Assembly (NCBI RefSeq): GCF_030144855.1 | Contig: NC_082736.1 | Span: forward strand, 6,510,001 to 6,574,000 | Length of the DNA: 64,000 bases | Origin: Hypanus sabinus | Lineage: Eukaryota | Direction of reading: 5' to 3' | In this document: positions 36,240 to 47,460 of the stretch, one piece after another | How positions within the stretch are numbered: position 1 is the first letter of the stretch | Layout: each line of letters opens with the position of its first letter | The notes under the pieces: model-generated | What the model saw: the letters and a program-made list of their open reading frames with translations, nothing else | Told to the model about the DNA's origin: nothing | Database searches by the model: none | Position numbers and translations under genes: made by a program

Positions 36240-37548
36240 ATTGGTCAAATGAAGCAAGAGATCCTGAGATAAACAGGTCTCAAAATCATTTAATGCCCAG
36301 TTCATCCCAATCCTTAAAGAATTTGTCAGTCATGGAAAGGATAAAAAAATAATTAAGGAGAATGGGAGTTGATAATGAAAAATTCGCTAAACCAAAAAAT
36401 TTCCTAAATTGAGACCAAATCCTTAAAGTTTGCTTAACAATTATGTTATCTGTTATTTCATTTGCTGAAAAAGAAGAGTATGATCCAAGAAGAAAGACAA
36501 TAGAGGAATTTTTTTACAGAATTAACTTCTAAGGAGACCCATGCTGGGCAATCTTTACGATAAATATAGTAGGACCAGAAAGTAATATTCCTTATATTGG
36601 CAGCCCAATAGTAAAACCTAAAATTGGGTAGGGCTAATCCACCCATCTCTTTATTTCTTGGGAGGATGACCTAGATTGTCAGATTTCTGATGATAGATGG
36701 AATAAAATTCTTCAACGGGTTAATAAATCATCCTTCTGTACTCGTCATTCTCTTCTACACTTTAAAGTGGTTCATAGAGCTTACATTTCTAAACAGAAGC
36801 TGTCCAGTTCTTATCCGAATGTTTCTCCACTTTGTAATAAATGCAACTCTGCTGATGCCTCTTTAATTCATATGTTTTGGTTTTGCCCTAAAATTGAAAA
36901 GTTTTGGCGGGAAGTATAGGGTCCAATTTGACCCAAATCCCCTTACTGCCTTGTTTGGTATTATTGCAAATGAAGATATAACTTTAAATACTCCTAACCT
37001 ACAGGTTTTAGTTTTTACTTCTCTTTTAGCAAGAAGAGCAATCTTGCTGAAATGGAAGGAGTCTACCCCTCCTACACATCTTCAATAGCTACGTGATATT
37101 ATGTCTTATTTAAATTTAGAACAGATCCGCTGCTCAGTCTTAAATTCGAAACAATCTTTTTTATGCTATCTGAGGACCTTTCCTAAATTACTTTTCCAAC
37201 TTATAAAGTTTAACAGTCCACAGACTTTTATGTATATTTTTATCTTCTCTTCTTAAGCGAATATGTTTTTTTTCTAATTATCCATTATCATCCATCAGCT
37301 GTTTTCTTTGGTAGTTGGGTTGGTAGGGGGGTTGACTGTTTTTTATATAAAAAATATTTTATGATGTATGACCTATCTTTAAAATTTTGATTACAGAGTG
37401 GTATACCTTTATGTCTATTGCTAGAACATTTTGATCAATTTTATTACAATATATGAATGTACACAAGTTATGTTGAGATGCATCAATGTCTTGCACGCCG
37501 TAAATCGTGTTTTTTTCTTCTGAATAAAAATATTGTAAAAAGAAAAGA
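36240..37548 (+). mobile_element. L1-clade element, 5'-truncated with a 5' inversion
   Basis: 36240-36655 minus strand: 'GGLALPNFRFYYWAANI..LRIWSQFRK..SFDQL'. From 36658 plus strand: 'WEDDL..HFKVVHRAY..CNKC..HMFWFCP' (CCHC), then 3' UTR, AATAAA and an A-rich tail near 37524-37548. Confidence 0.88.
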
Positions 37549-37789
37549 GCGAGAACAATGTTAAGCAATAACAGAATGCAGAATACAATGTAACTGCGAC
37601 AGAGAAAGCACAGTGCAGGTAAATAATCAGGTGTCGCATCATAACGGGTAGATTGTGAGGTCAAGGGTCCATCTTATTGTACTCGGACACCATTCAGGCA
37701 ACAGAACAGCGGAGTTGAAGCTACCCATGAGCTTGGACCTTCAGCTAGATAGAAGAAGGGAAAACAGATAATACCCGGGGTGCATGATA

Positions 37790-38540
37790 TCCTTCTGTCA
37801 GGAAAATGGTAGGACACCGAGGGGTGCAGTAGAACAGAGGGATCTGGGAGTACAGATACAGAATTCCCTAAAAATGGCGTCACAAGTAGATAGAGCTGTA
37901 AAGAGAGCTTTTGGTACATTGGCCTTTATAAATCAAAGTATTGAGTATAAGAGATGGAATGTAATGGTGAGGTTGTATAAGACATTGGTGGGACCGTAAT
38001 TGGAGTATTGTGTGCAGTTTTGGTCACCGAATTACAGGAAGGATATTAATAACACTGAAGGAGTGCAAAGAAAGTTTACAAGGATGTTGCCGGGACTTGA
38101 GAAACTGAATTACAGAGAAAGGTTGAATAGGTTAGGACTCTATTCCTGGAGCGTAGAAGAATGAGGGGAGATTTGATAGAGGTGTATAAAATTATGATGG
38201 GTATAGACAGAGTGAATGCAAGCAGGCTTTTTCCACTGAGGCCAGTGTAGAAAAAACACAGAGGTCATGGGTTAAGGGTGAAGGGGGAAAAGTTTAAAAG
38301 GATCATTGGCGGAAGCTTCTTCACGCAGAGACTGGTGGGAGTGTGGAATGAGCTGCCAGATGAAGTGGTGAATGCGGGATCACTTTGACATTTAAGAAAA
38401 ACTTGGACAGGTACATGGATGAGAGGGGTTTGGAGAGATATGGCCCAGGTGCAGGTCAGTGGGACTAGGCAGAAAACTGCGTCGGCACATCCACGAAGGG
38501 CCAAGAGGCCTGTTTCTGTGCTGTAATGTTCTGTGGTTCA
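37790..38540 (+). mobile_element. CR1 LINE 3' fragment
   Basis: 'EQRDLGVQI..QVDRAVKRAFGTLAFINQSIEYK..VRLYKTLV'; CR1-type 3' tail. Confidence 0.88.
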
Positions 38541-38649
38541 ATGAGTGTGTAAGGTCCGCTTCTCTTTGTCCATAAGTGTGCGTTGCCTCGAGCGACATCC
38601 TTGGAACTAACCGACTTGCCGGGTCTAATGTCGTGGTTTTGATTTAATT

Positions 38650-40405
38650 TGGTCATTCAGTTGGAGTCTAATTGGTTTCATCCCGCATCGGTCCTCGACC
38701 ATCTTATTTTCACTATGGATGTCCAAACCCAATACACGTCCAGCAACTCCACACCCCCCGCACCAGGAAGGTCTCAAAGCTCTCCGCTTCCATCTGGATA
38801 ACAAACCCAGCCAGCTGCCCTCTACCACCGTTCACCTCCTTCCGGCCGAACGTCCTCCCACTTCCTTTAAACACACAGTGTAGCCACGGACGCTGTCATG
38901 GGTCCCAGCTGTGCCTGCCTGTTTGTCGGTTACGTGGACCAGTCTCTGTTCCAAGCCAACACTGATATCGCTCCCTCACTTTTCCTGTACTACATACATA
39001 AACGGCAGCATTGCGGTTCTTTCTGCACCCGCGTGGAATTCGTCCACTTCATCAGCTTTGCTTGTAACTTCCACCCAGCCCAAAAGTTTACCTGATCCCT
39101 ATCGGACACCTCCCTCCCTTTACTCGATCTCTCTGTCTCTATCTCTGCAGACAGCTTGTCTCCTGATGCCTGTTATAACCACAGACTCCCACAGCAACCT
39201 GGACTACACCTCTTCCGACCCCGTTACTTGTAACAACGCCAGTCCCTTCTCTCAATTCCTCCGTGTCCGCAGGAGGTTCATGCAAGGAGATATCGTGTTT
39301 TTTTTCAAAGAAAGGGGCCTCCTTACTTCCACCATCAAAGCTGCCCTCAACAGAATCTCTCCCATTTTGCTCACGTCTGCCCTTACCCCATTCTCGCGCC
39401 CTCTGCCAGGATAGGGTTTGTCTTGTGGTCACCTACCTCCCGGGGGGGGTCACCAGCCTCCGCCTCCAGAACACAATTCTCGGTAACTTCCGCCATCTCC
39501 GGCGGGATCCCAGCACCAAACACATTTTTCCTCCCCCCTCTACTTTCTGCAGGGATCCCATGTGAATCCCATGTGTGTTCGTCCCTCCCACTGATCTCTC
39601 TCCTGGCCCTCATCCTTGCAAGTGAAACAAGTGCCCCTACACATCCGCCCTCATCACCATTCAGGGCCCCAAGAAATCCTTCCAAGTAAGGGGACACCTC
39701 AGCTGTGAGTCTTTCAGGATCATCTACCATGTCCAGTTTGTCCAGTGTGGCCTCCTGTATATCGGTGAGACCCGACACAGATTAGGAGTCCACTTCAGTG
39801 AGCACCTTACACTCCGTCCACCAGAACAAGCGAGATCTCCCAGCGGCCACCCATTTTAATTCCACTTCCCGTTCCAATTCCGACAAAATAGCCCATTAGC
39901 CCGAGGTCTCCTGTATTGTCACGATGAGGCTACACTCAGGGTGGAAGAGCAACACATTATATTCCGTCTGGGTCGCCTCCAACCTGATGGCATGAACATC
40001 GATTTCTCAAACGTCCGGTAATGCCCCCTCCTTCACGAAGCCCCATTCTCTTTTCCATCTCTGGCCTTATCCATTACCTCTCCGTCACCTCCCTCTGGTG
40101 TTCCTCCCCCTTTTCTTTCTTCCATGGCCTTCTCCCCTTCCCTGTTAACCAGCCCAGTATCTCTTTCACCAATCAAATTTTCAGGTCTTTAATTTACCAG
40201 TCAACCTCCCCCTCCCCACTGGTTTCACCTGTCAGCTCATGTTTCTTCCTCCCAGCGCCCCCCCCCCCCCCCACCGTCCAGCTGTGATTCCTCGTTGTTT
40301 TTTCTCCCGACGGGATGAAGGGACTCGGCCCGAAACGTCCACTCTATTTTTCCCACAGGTGCTACCTGGCCTGCTGACTTCCTCCAACATTTTCTGTGTT
40401 GCTTG
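38650..40405 (+). mobile_element. Penelope-like retroelement remnant (RT, GIY-YIG, terminal repeat)
   Basis: 'MGPSCACLFVGYVDQSLFQA' RT motif; 'LLYIGETRHRL' GIY-YIG near 39750; terminal repeat 'gatgaagggactcggcccgaaacgtc..cctccaacattttctgtg'. Confidence 0.88.
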
Positions 40406-41163
40406 GATTTCCATCAACTGCGATTTTATCTTTGTACCTCTATCCATGTCGTTGTACACTAACATATTCATGTACCGATCTTAGAACATCGTACACCCTT
40501 CCGTCTCTGAACCTGGCAGCCCATTCCAAGCACCCGCCCCACTCCATCTGAAAACATGAGCCGCACATCTTCTTTAAACTCTCCCCCACTCCGACCTTAC
40601 ATTCATTCCCGCTAGAATTTCAAATCCTTACCCTGAGAACCAATACTGACTCTGCCCAATCTATGTCTCTCATAAAAACACAAAATGCTGGCAGACGTCG
40701 TCACTACCTCCTCCCATAGATGCTGTCTGGCCTGCTGAGATCTGCCAACATTTTGTGTTTTTATTCATTTCCAGCATCTGCAGATTCACTCGTGTTGCCC
40801 ACGTCTCTCATAACTTTCTGCCTCATAATTCGGTCAAGTTTCCTCTAGGCTCTGACATCCCAATGAAAGCTCAAATACTTTGATCAGGCAACGTCCGGGC
40901 AATGCTTTATAAATCCTGCCGGTCCTTCCTGTGAAGTGTCCATTCTTGCGGAATCTGGAATAGAGTCAGAACAGGATTTAACGGGAAACTTTTGAGCAAT
41001 GTTAATTCCATCTCTGATCCACGACACAGTGGATGATAACTAATGAACCAGTCTTAAACTCGCAGCGTCAATTATAGTGAGTCATCACTCGGGCCTTGGA
41101 GTTCCGCGTAGACCGTGTCAATGTAAGAGGTTTAGTTGTTCTGGAGTCTAAAACTGTACAACC

Positions 41164-41235
41164 TGCGATGGCTGGGAATCGAACCCGGGTTAACTGCTTG
41201 GAAGGCAGCTATGCTCACCACTATACCACCATCGC
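41164..41235 (-). tRNA. tRNA-Gly-TCC: tRNA-Gly (anticodon TCC)
   Basis: GCGATGGTGGTATAGTGGTGAGCATAGCTGCCTTCCAAGCAGTTAACCCGGGTTCGATTCCCAGCCATCGCA folds as a cloverleaf with A and B boxes; TTTT terminator at 41150-41153; one T-stem mismatch. Confidence 0.93.
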
Positions 41236-41829
41236 TCAATGATGTTGCAAAGGATTTGAGTAGTGAGGGGTCTTCCATAGTTCCGTGTGACTCCATCAGT
41301 CTCCAAGCTGCTGAATAAACTCTGGGCTGAAATGGAAAATTCAGTTACAGGCCAAATCAGGGTGGTGGGGACCAGGCCCCAAATCGTATCAAAGCAACTG
41401 AACCCAGTGTTTGGACAATGATTTAGACACGGGGCCAGATTGAAAAGGTCAGGTTGTTCTGGCCGAGGCCAGGGACAAGCCGGTTCAGCTCGCTTCTCCA
41501 CTCTGCACTGAACTAAGCATCTGTGCACAAACTCTCTTTGTGCATTTCAGTTCAAAATGCTACAGAATTTGCTTGTGTTTATTGTTTGCAGGATTTGTCT
41601 TTCTTTCTGCACATTGGGTGTTTGATGGTCTTATTTTATTAGTGGTTCTTTCAGCTTTCTTTGTTTCACGACAGCCTGTTTGAAACAAACCTCAAAGTTG
41701 TATAATATATGCGTAATTCAATAATAAATTCACTTTGAACATTGATTCAAAAACCTGATGCTTGAGGGATAAAATAAGGACAAAAAGATAACCAACTCAA
41801 AAGTGATTCTCTTTTAATTACAGGCCAGG

Positions 41830-43500
41830 ATGCAGAAGAGCGCAAAATGACAAATATTCTTCACCTTTTAAAGAATTGCAATAGGGACAAGATGGGAAAC
41901 TATACCCTGGTGACTCTTATATTAGTGGTAGGGATATTATAAATTGCTGATATTATTGGAAAATATATCTAACAATAGGATCAGCTTGCATCTGAAAAAT
42001 CATAAACAATTTCAGAGTAGCCAATATCGCTTTGCATGAGCAACGTCAACTCTTGCGAACATGGCCGAACGTTTTAAGTGACAGACTAGACTGATGAGAG
42101 CTGGGTAGTGGGTACAGGATACAAGGACTTTGGTAAAGCTTTCAACAAGAGTCCCCATGGTGGGCTGATCCACAGCATGGAAGCACATCGCTCAAAAGAA
42201 ATCTGATTGAGTATATTCAAAATGCAGCTTGGTCAGAGAACACAGAAGGTAATGGTTGAGGGGTGTGATTCTGACTGGACACCTGTGAACAGTGGGGCCC
42301 ACAAGGAATTCTACTCTTTGTGAAATGATTTGGATGAAAATGAAGGAGGGCTGATTTGTTGGTCTGCAGAGACACAGAAATTGGTGCAGTTATGGATCGT
42401 GAGGAAAGTTGCGAAAGGATTCAGCAGAACATAGACCAGCTGGAAATGTGGGCAGAGAAATGGGAGATAAGTCGGTGTACTCTGGGAAGTCAAATGTCAG
42501 AGGATTTCTTTGGAATTCCTCTCCCCATCAGAGTGGCTGGAATTACAGTTACGGCAGTGACATGCTCCACCTCAGGATGTGGGAGTCACTCAGTGTCCCC
42601 GATAACTTCACATGAGGGAAGTGCACCGAGGTGCAGCTCCTGACTGACCGTGTGAAGGAAATGAAGATGGAGATGGACAGACCGAGAGTTTCCAGGATGC
42701 TGAGACCAGAGATTCATGAGTTGGTCACACCTGAGGTCAGGATGCAGACTGTTGTGTGACCATCACGACGGAAAGGGGAAGAGACAGACAGAGTAATGTC
42801 TGCCTGTGGCCGTGACCCTCAGCAACAAGTACACTCCTTTGGATACCCCTGGGATGACGAACCAGAGACAGCAGCTCGCCAGGTTGGTGGTACTGAGACC
42901 CCAGACCGATGCGGGAGGAATGGTCAAGCAGAGCAGTGATGACAGCGGACTCACAGTACAGGGGATGTGCAGGAGATTCTGTGGCAGCAACAGAGATGAC
43001 ACGATGGTGTGTCGCCTCCTGGGTACTGGGGTCAGGTCCGTCTCAGACGTGCAGGATTTCCTAAAGATAAACTTGCCAGTCGAGTCAGTGGTAAGGAAGC
43101 CAAATGTTGGCATTCAGTTAGAGAGGACTACAATACAAAAGCAAGGATGTAAGCATTGCTCCGATCACACTTGGAGTATTGTGAACTGTTCTGGGCCTTT
43201 ATCTAAAAAGCTACATGCTCGCATCGGAGAGGGTCCAGAGGAAGTTCACAAAAAAGATCCTGGCAATAAAAGGGTTAATGCACGGGGATTGTTTGATGGC
43301 TCTGGGCCGGTTGTCTCTGGACTTTAGAAGAACGAGGGAATCTCATTGAAACAGATCAAATATTGAAAGGCCTAGAATGGAGTGGGGAGGGTGCTTCCGA
43401 TAGTGGGGCCTTCTAGGAACATAGGGCACAGCCTCACAATACTAGGACATACTGTTAGAACAAAGATAAGGAGCAATTTCCTTAGTAAAGAGCAGTGAAT
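41830..43500 (+). mobile_element. Degraded CR1 fragments including ORF1 (esterase)
   Basis: 'AVTLSNKYTPLDT' and 'RRFCGSNRDDTMVCRLLGTGVRSV' are ORF1-like, with RT remnants on either side. Confidence 0.7.
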
Positions 43501-43519
43501 CTGTGTAGCCTATGTCAGG

Positions 43520-44980
43520 ACGTTGCTCATTGACTAGAGCTCAACGTTTAACACTATCATTCCCACAGTCCTGATCAATAAGCTACGGAACCTGGTCCCT
43601 CTGCAAATGGAACCTCGACTTCCCAACCGGGAAACCACAGTCTGTGTGGATTAGTGATAATTCACACAGATTGTGTGGAGATATGGAGATGGGCTAACCC
43701 CTATTGACATCAATGGATCTGGGGTTGAGAGGGTAAACAGCTTTAAATTCCTCGGCATCAACATACCCGAGGATCTCACGTGGGCAGTACGTACCTGCTG
43801 TGTGCTGAAAAAGGCACAACAGCGCCTCTTTCACCTCCCAAATCCTAAGAACTTTCTACAGGGGCATAATTGGGAGCATCCCGACTGGCTGCATCACTGC
43901 CTGGTATGGGAACTGTACCTCCCTTAATTGCAGCACAGCCCAGCGCATCTGTTGTTGTCAACTTCCCATGATTCAGGACATTGACAAAGACAGATGTGGG
44001 AAAAGGGCCCGAGGGATCATTGTGGACCCCAGACACCCCAAGCACAATCTATTCCAGCAGCAACCATCCAGGAAACGGTACCACAGCACAAAAGACAGCA
44101 CCAACAGGCTTCTGGACAGCTCCTTCCATCAGACTGATTAACTCACGATGAATTGAGGGTACCTCTCTGTTACACTGGCTGTTCTATTTATTATCAATTA
44201 TTATAAATCACTGTGTTTGCACATTGCATATTTAGACAGAGACATAACATAGATTTTTAATCCTCATGTATGTGTAAGATGCAAGAAATAAAGTCAATTC
44301 AAATATCTCCTCTTCACTGAAGATCGACACTGGCCCTGGTGCACCTCAAGGATGTGTGCTTAGCCAACTGCTCTACTCCCTCCAAGACCATGACTATGTG
44401 ACTAAATATAGCACAACAGCAAGCGAGAAATATGCTGCATACAACCATTGTTGGTAGAATCTCAGATGGAGATTATTGGACTTACAGGAGTGGGATATAC
44501 CAGCTAGTTGAGTGGTGTCACAGCAACAACCTTGTGCTCAATGTCAGTGAGACAAACAGCTGATCGAAGGAAGGATAAGACGAGGTAACACAAACCAATC
44601 CTCATAGAGGGATCAGAAGTAGACACAGTGAACTATTTTAAGTTCCTGGGTGTCAATATCTCTCTTGATGCAGCTACAGTATAAAGAAGGCAAGACAACA
44701 CGTATATTTCATCAGGAGTTTGAAGATATTTGGTTTGACACTTTAAAACACCCAAAACCCGCTGTAGATGTATTCTATATATTATTTATAATATTTCTTA
44801 TATATTATAAATATAAATATTTACAATATTTTTGCACTATTTTAATTTACTTAATATACATATCCATATGTACAGTAATGTATTTATTGCTATATTATCA
44901 AGTCCTGCATTGAACTGCTGCTGCTAAATTAACAAATTTCCTGACACCTGCCGGTGGTAATAAACCTGATTCTGGTCCTG
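43520..44980 (+). mobile_element. Rex1/Babar LINE remnants
   Basis: 'PIDINGSGVERVNSFKFLGINIPEDLTW..KKAQQRLFHL'; two 3' tails near 44290 and 44965. Confidence 0.8.
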
Positions 44981-46250
44981 ACTTTGAATTCATCCCCTCA
45001 GATGGATGTGACCGATTCATTGGGTATATTTAATGTGGAGGTTCTCGATTGTGGTGGGGGGGGGATAAGAGTGTTTGAGAGGGTTAAGAGGTCTGTCATG
45101 ATCTCTTACTCCTGGCAGAATGGTGCAGCAGACAGGATGGGCCAAATGGCCTAATTCTGCTGCTGTGTCTTATGGTCCGATGGTCTCGGAGCAGTTGCAG
45201 GACATTTCAAAGGGAAGGTTGAGCAGCCGGACATCGTGGTGGACGGTGGATGTTGGTAATAGCAACGTAGGGATACGGAGGGTTGTGTCCTGTGCAGTGA
45301 ATTTAGAGAAATCAGACAGAAACTAAAAAGTAGTAAGCTCTGTATTACTCCCAGTGACACTTGTTAGTGGGGGGAGATATAGAGAGATACTAGTGATGAA
45401 CGTGTGGCTCAGGAGCTGGTGCAGGGGGCAGAGTGCCAGTTTCATGGATCAATGGGACATCTTCTAGGGATGTCTAGGCAGAAGCTGTTCACTCCACAGG
45501 GTCTTTTGGGGAAGCAGCAGTTTTCTCTGTCCTAAAACTGCACGGGATAGTTTTGATATGACAGGGTGGAGGTTGAAAGGGAATCTGAAGGGTGAGTTGA
45601 TGGAGGGGAATAAAATTATGTGAGGCATTCAAAGGTTAGAGAAGCAGAGGCTGTTTCCAGTGGTGTGGCTGTCTAATGCTAAAGGGAATAGTTGTAAGGT
45701 AAGAGGGTGTATTTAAAGGGAATCTGAAGGGTAAATATTTGACACAAGAATAGCTGGTATCTCAGATAGGCTACCAGAGGATGTGGTGAAGACAAAGACA
45801 CACAAAGTCTCTGTTCCTGAACACTTCCCAGGAACCTGTCATTACTGTGTTCATCCTGCCCTGGTTTAACTTCTGGGTCTGAGGTTGTTTTCCATCTGTA
45901 TAAACGATCTGGATGAGAATGTGGTAAACTGGATCAGAAAGTTTGTAGATGATAAGAAGATTAGGGGTATGATGGACAGCAAAGTCGGCTAATAAATCTG
46001 GATGTGGGATGTGGACCAGCTGGCAAAATGAAGTTGGTTACAATCTGGAGCACACTGCCTGAGGGAGAGATGCAGGCTGGTATTTAAGGAACATCTGGCT
46101 GAACATTTGAATCACCAGGACAGGGTAGGAGACAGACCAAGTGCTGAGTTATTGGAGACAGATTCTCGATGGTCAGTATAGCCATGCAGAAACCACTGAC
46201 TGTGAAAGTTCAGTGGGAACCTGGAACACAGAACTTCAGGATGGACTCAC

Positions 46251-46506
46251 CTAAAACACTCAGGACCCAGGACAATGGATTTTTGTTGGACAAAGGTATT
46301 AATGCATTAGGGTGAGTAGAGAATCAACCCCGTCAAAAGGCTACCAAAATTCCCCCATTCCTCATGCACCAGTAACAGGAATTTAAAATGGGAATTTGGT
46401 GAAGAACACTGGTTAGTATTAGCAGAGATGGCGGACAGCTTGGTCACAAAGGAGGGGTGCAAATATCTTCTCAGAGGATAAGGGGTTCAGTGGAACAAGC
46501 TCACAG
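46251..46506 (-). other. Predicted exon 2 (copy 3)
   Basis: Acceptor cttcattctcAG, donor TAG|GTGAGT. Confidence 0.5.
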
Positions 46507-47152
46507 CTGAGAATGAAGGTAACAAACCCCACTGCAGTGGAGGACTGCTGTTGCCAGGGTTGTCCAGGATAGAAACAGACCCTCTGGCCCATCACATTTA
46601 TGCTCCCCATCGCGCACAGCTATACTAATCCCACTTTCCTGCATCAGTTTCATATCCCTCCAGGCCTTGCTCACCAAAGTACCTGTGCTTGTGTCCCTAA
46701 TATTGTTACACAGTTCCCTGTATGTGGCATCACAGAGAGACAGGGTTGTGTGATCTACTTGCTTTATCAGCCAAAGTACTGCCTCTCATTAGAATTGTAC
46801 AAAACTGTTTAAAGACAGATATAAAGGGGATCTGAAGGGTACATACTTCACACAGAGAATAGCTGCTCTCCTAAATCAGCTGCCGGAGGAGGTGTGGGGG
46901 CAGAAACCCGCAAAGTCTCTGTTCATTAAACCTTCCCAGGAACCTGACATTCACTGTGTACATCCTGCCCTGGTTGAACCGCCCAGAATAGAGTCAGTGA
47001 TTTATACAGAACTGAAACCGTCCCTTCGGTAAAACTCATCCACGCCGACCAAGTTGTCGACCTGAACTCGTCCCATCCGCCTGCATTAGGCCCGTGTCCC
47101 TCTCAACCTTTCCTATCCATGTAACTGTGCAAATATGGTTTAAATATTGTAC

Positions 47153-47460
47153 CTGAGGCAGAGAGCCGGTGCGGTGAGGCGCTGACAGACACTCACTGTT
47201 CCGTGGGCAGGAAGAGGAGAGGCCGATTCCCACAGTGGAGCCGAAACCCAAAGTAGAGACCGACTCCACTTTACTACAACACCGTGCCCACCATCCCGGA
47301 CCAACTGCCCACCCCGGACCGTTCCCCTGGAAACTAGGACGGAGCCGGTATGACATGTTTGACGTCATCTCATCACAGATCGGCCTACGCAACACGGTAT
47401 CACGTGACGGTGTCCACAGTCTGGGAGACGGGGCAGAGAGAGCTGTCAATCAGTTGAGCC
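47153..47460 (-). promoter_or_regulatory. CpG-rich promoter and predicted first exon (copy 3)
   Basis: GTTCCCCTGGAAAC 47321-47334, TGACGTCA 47360-47367, CACGTGAC 47401-47408, CTGTCAATCA 47443-47452. Confidence 0.72.
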
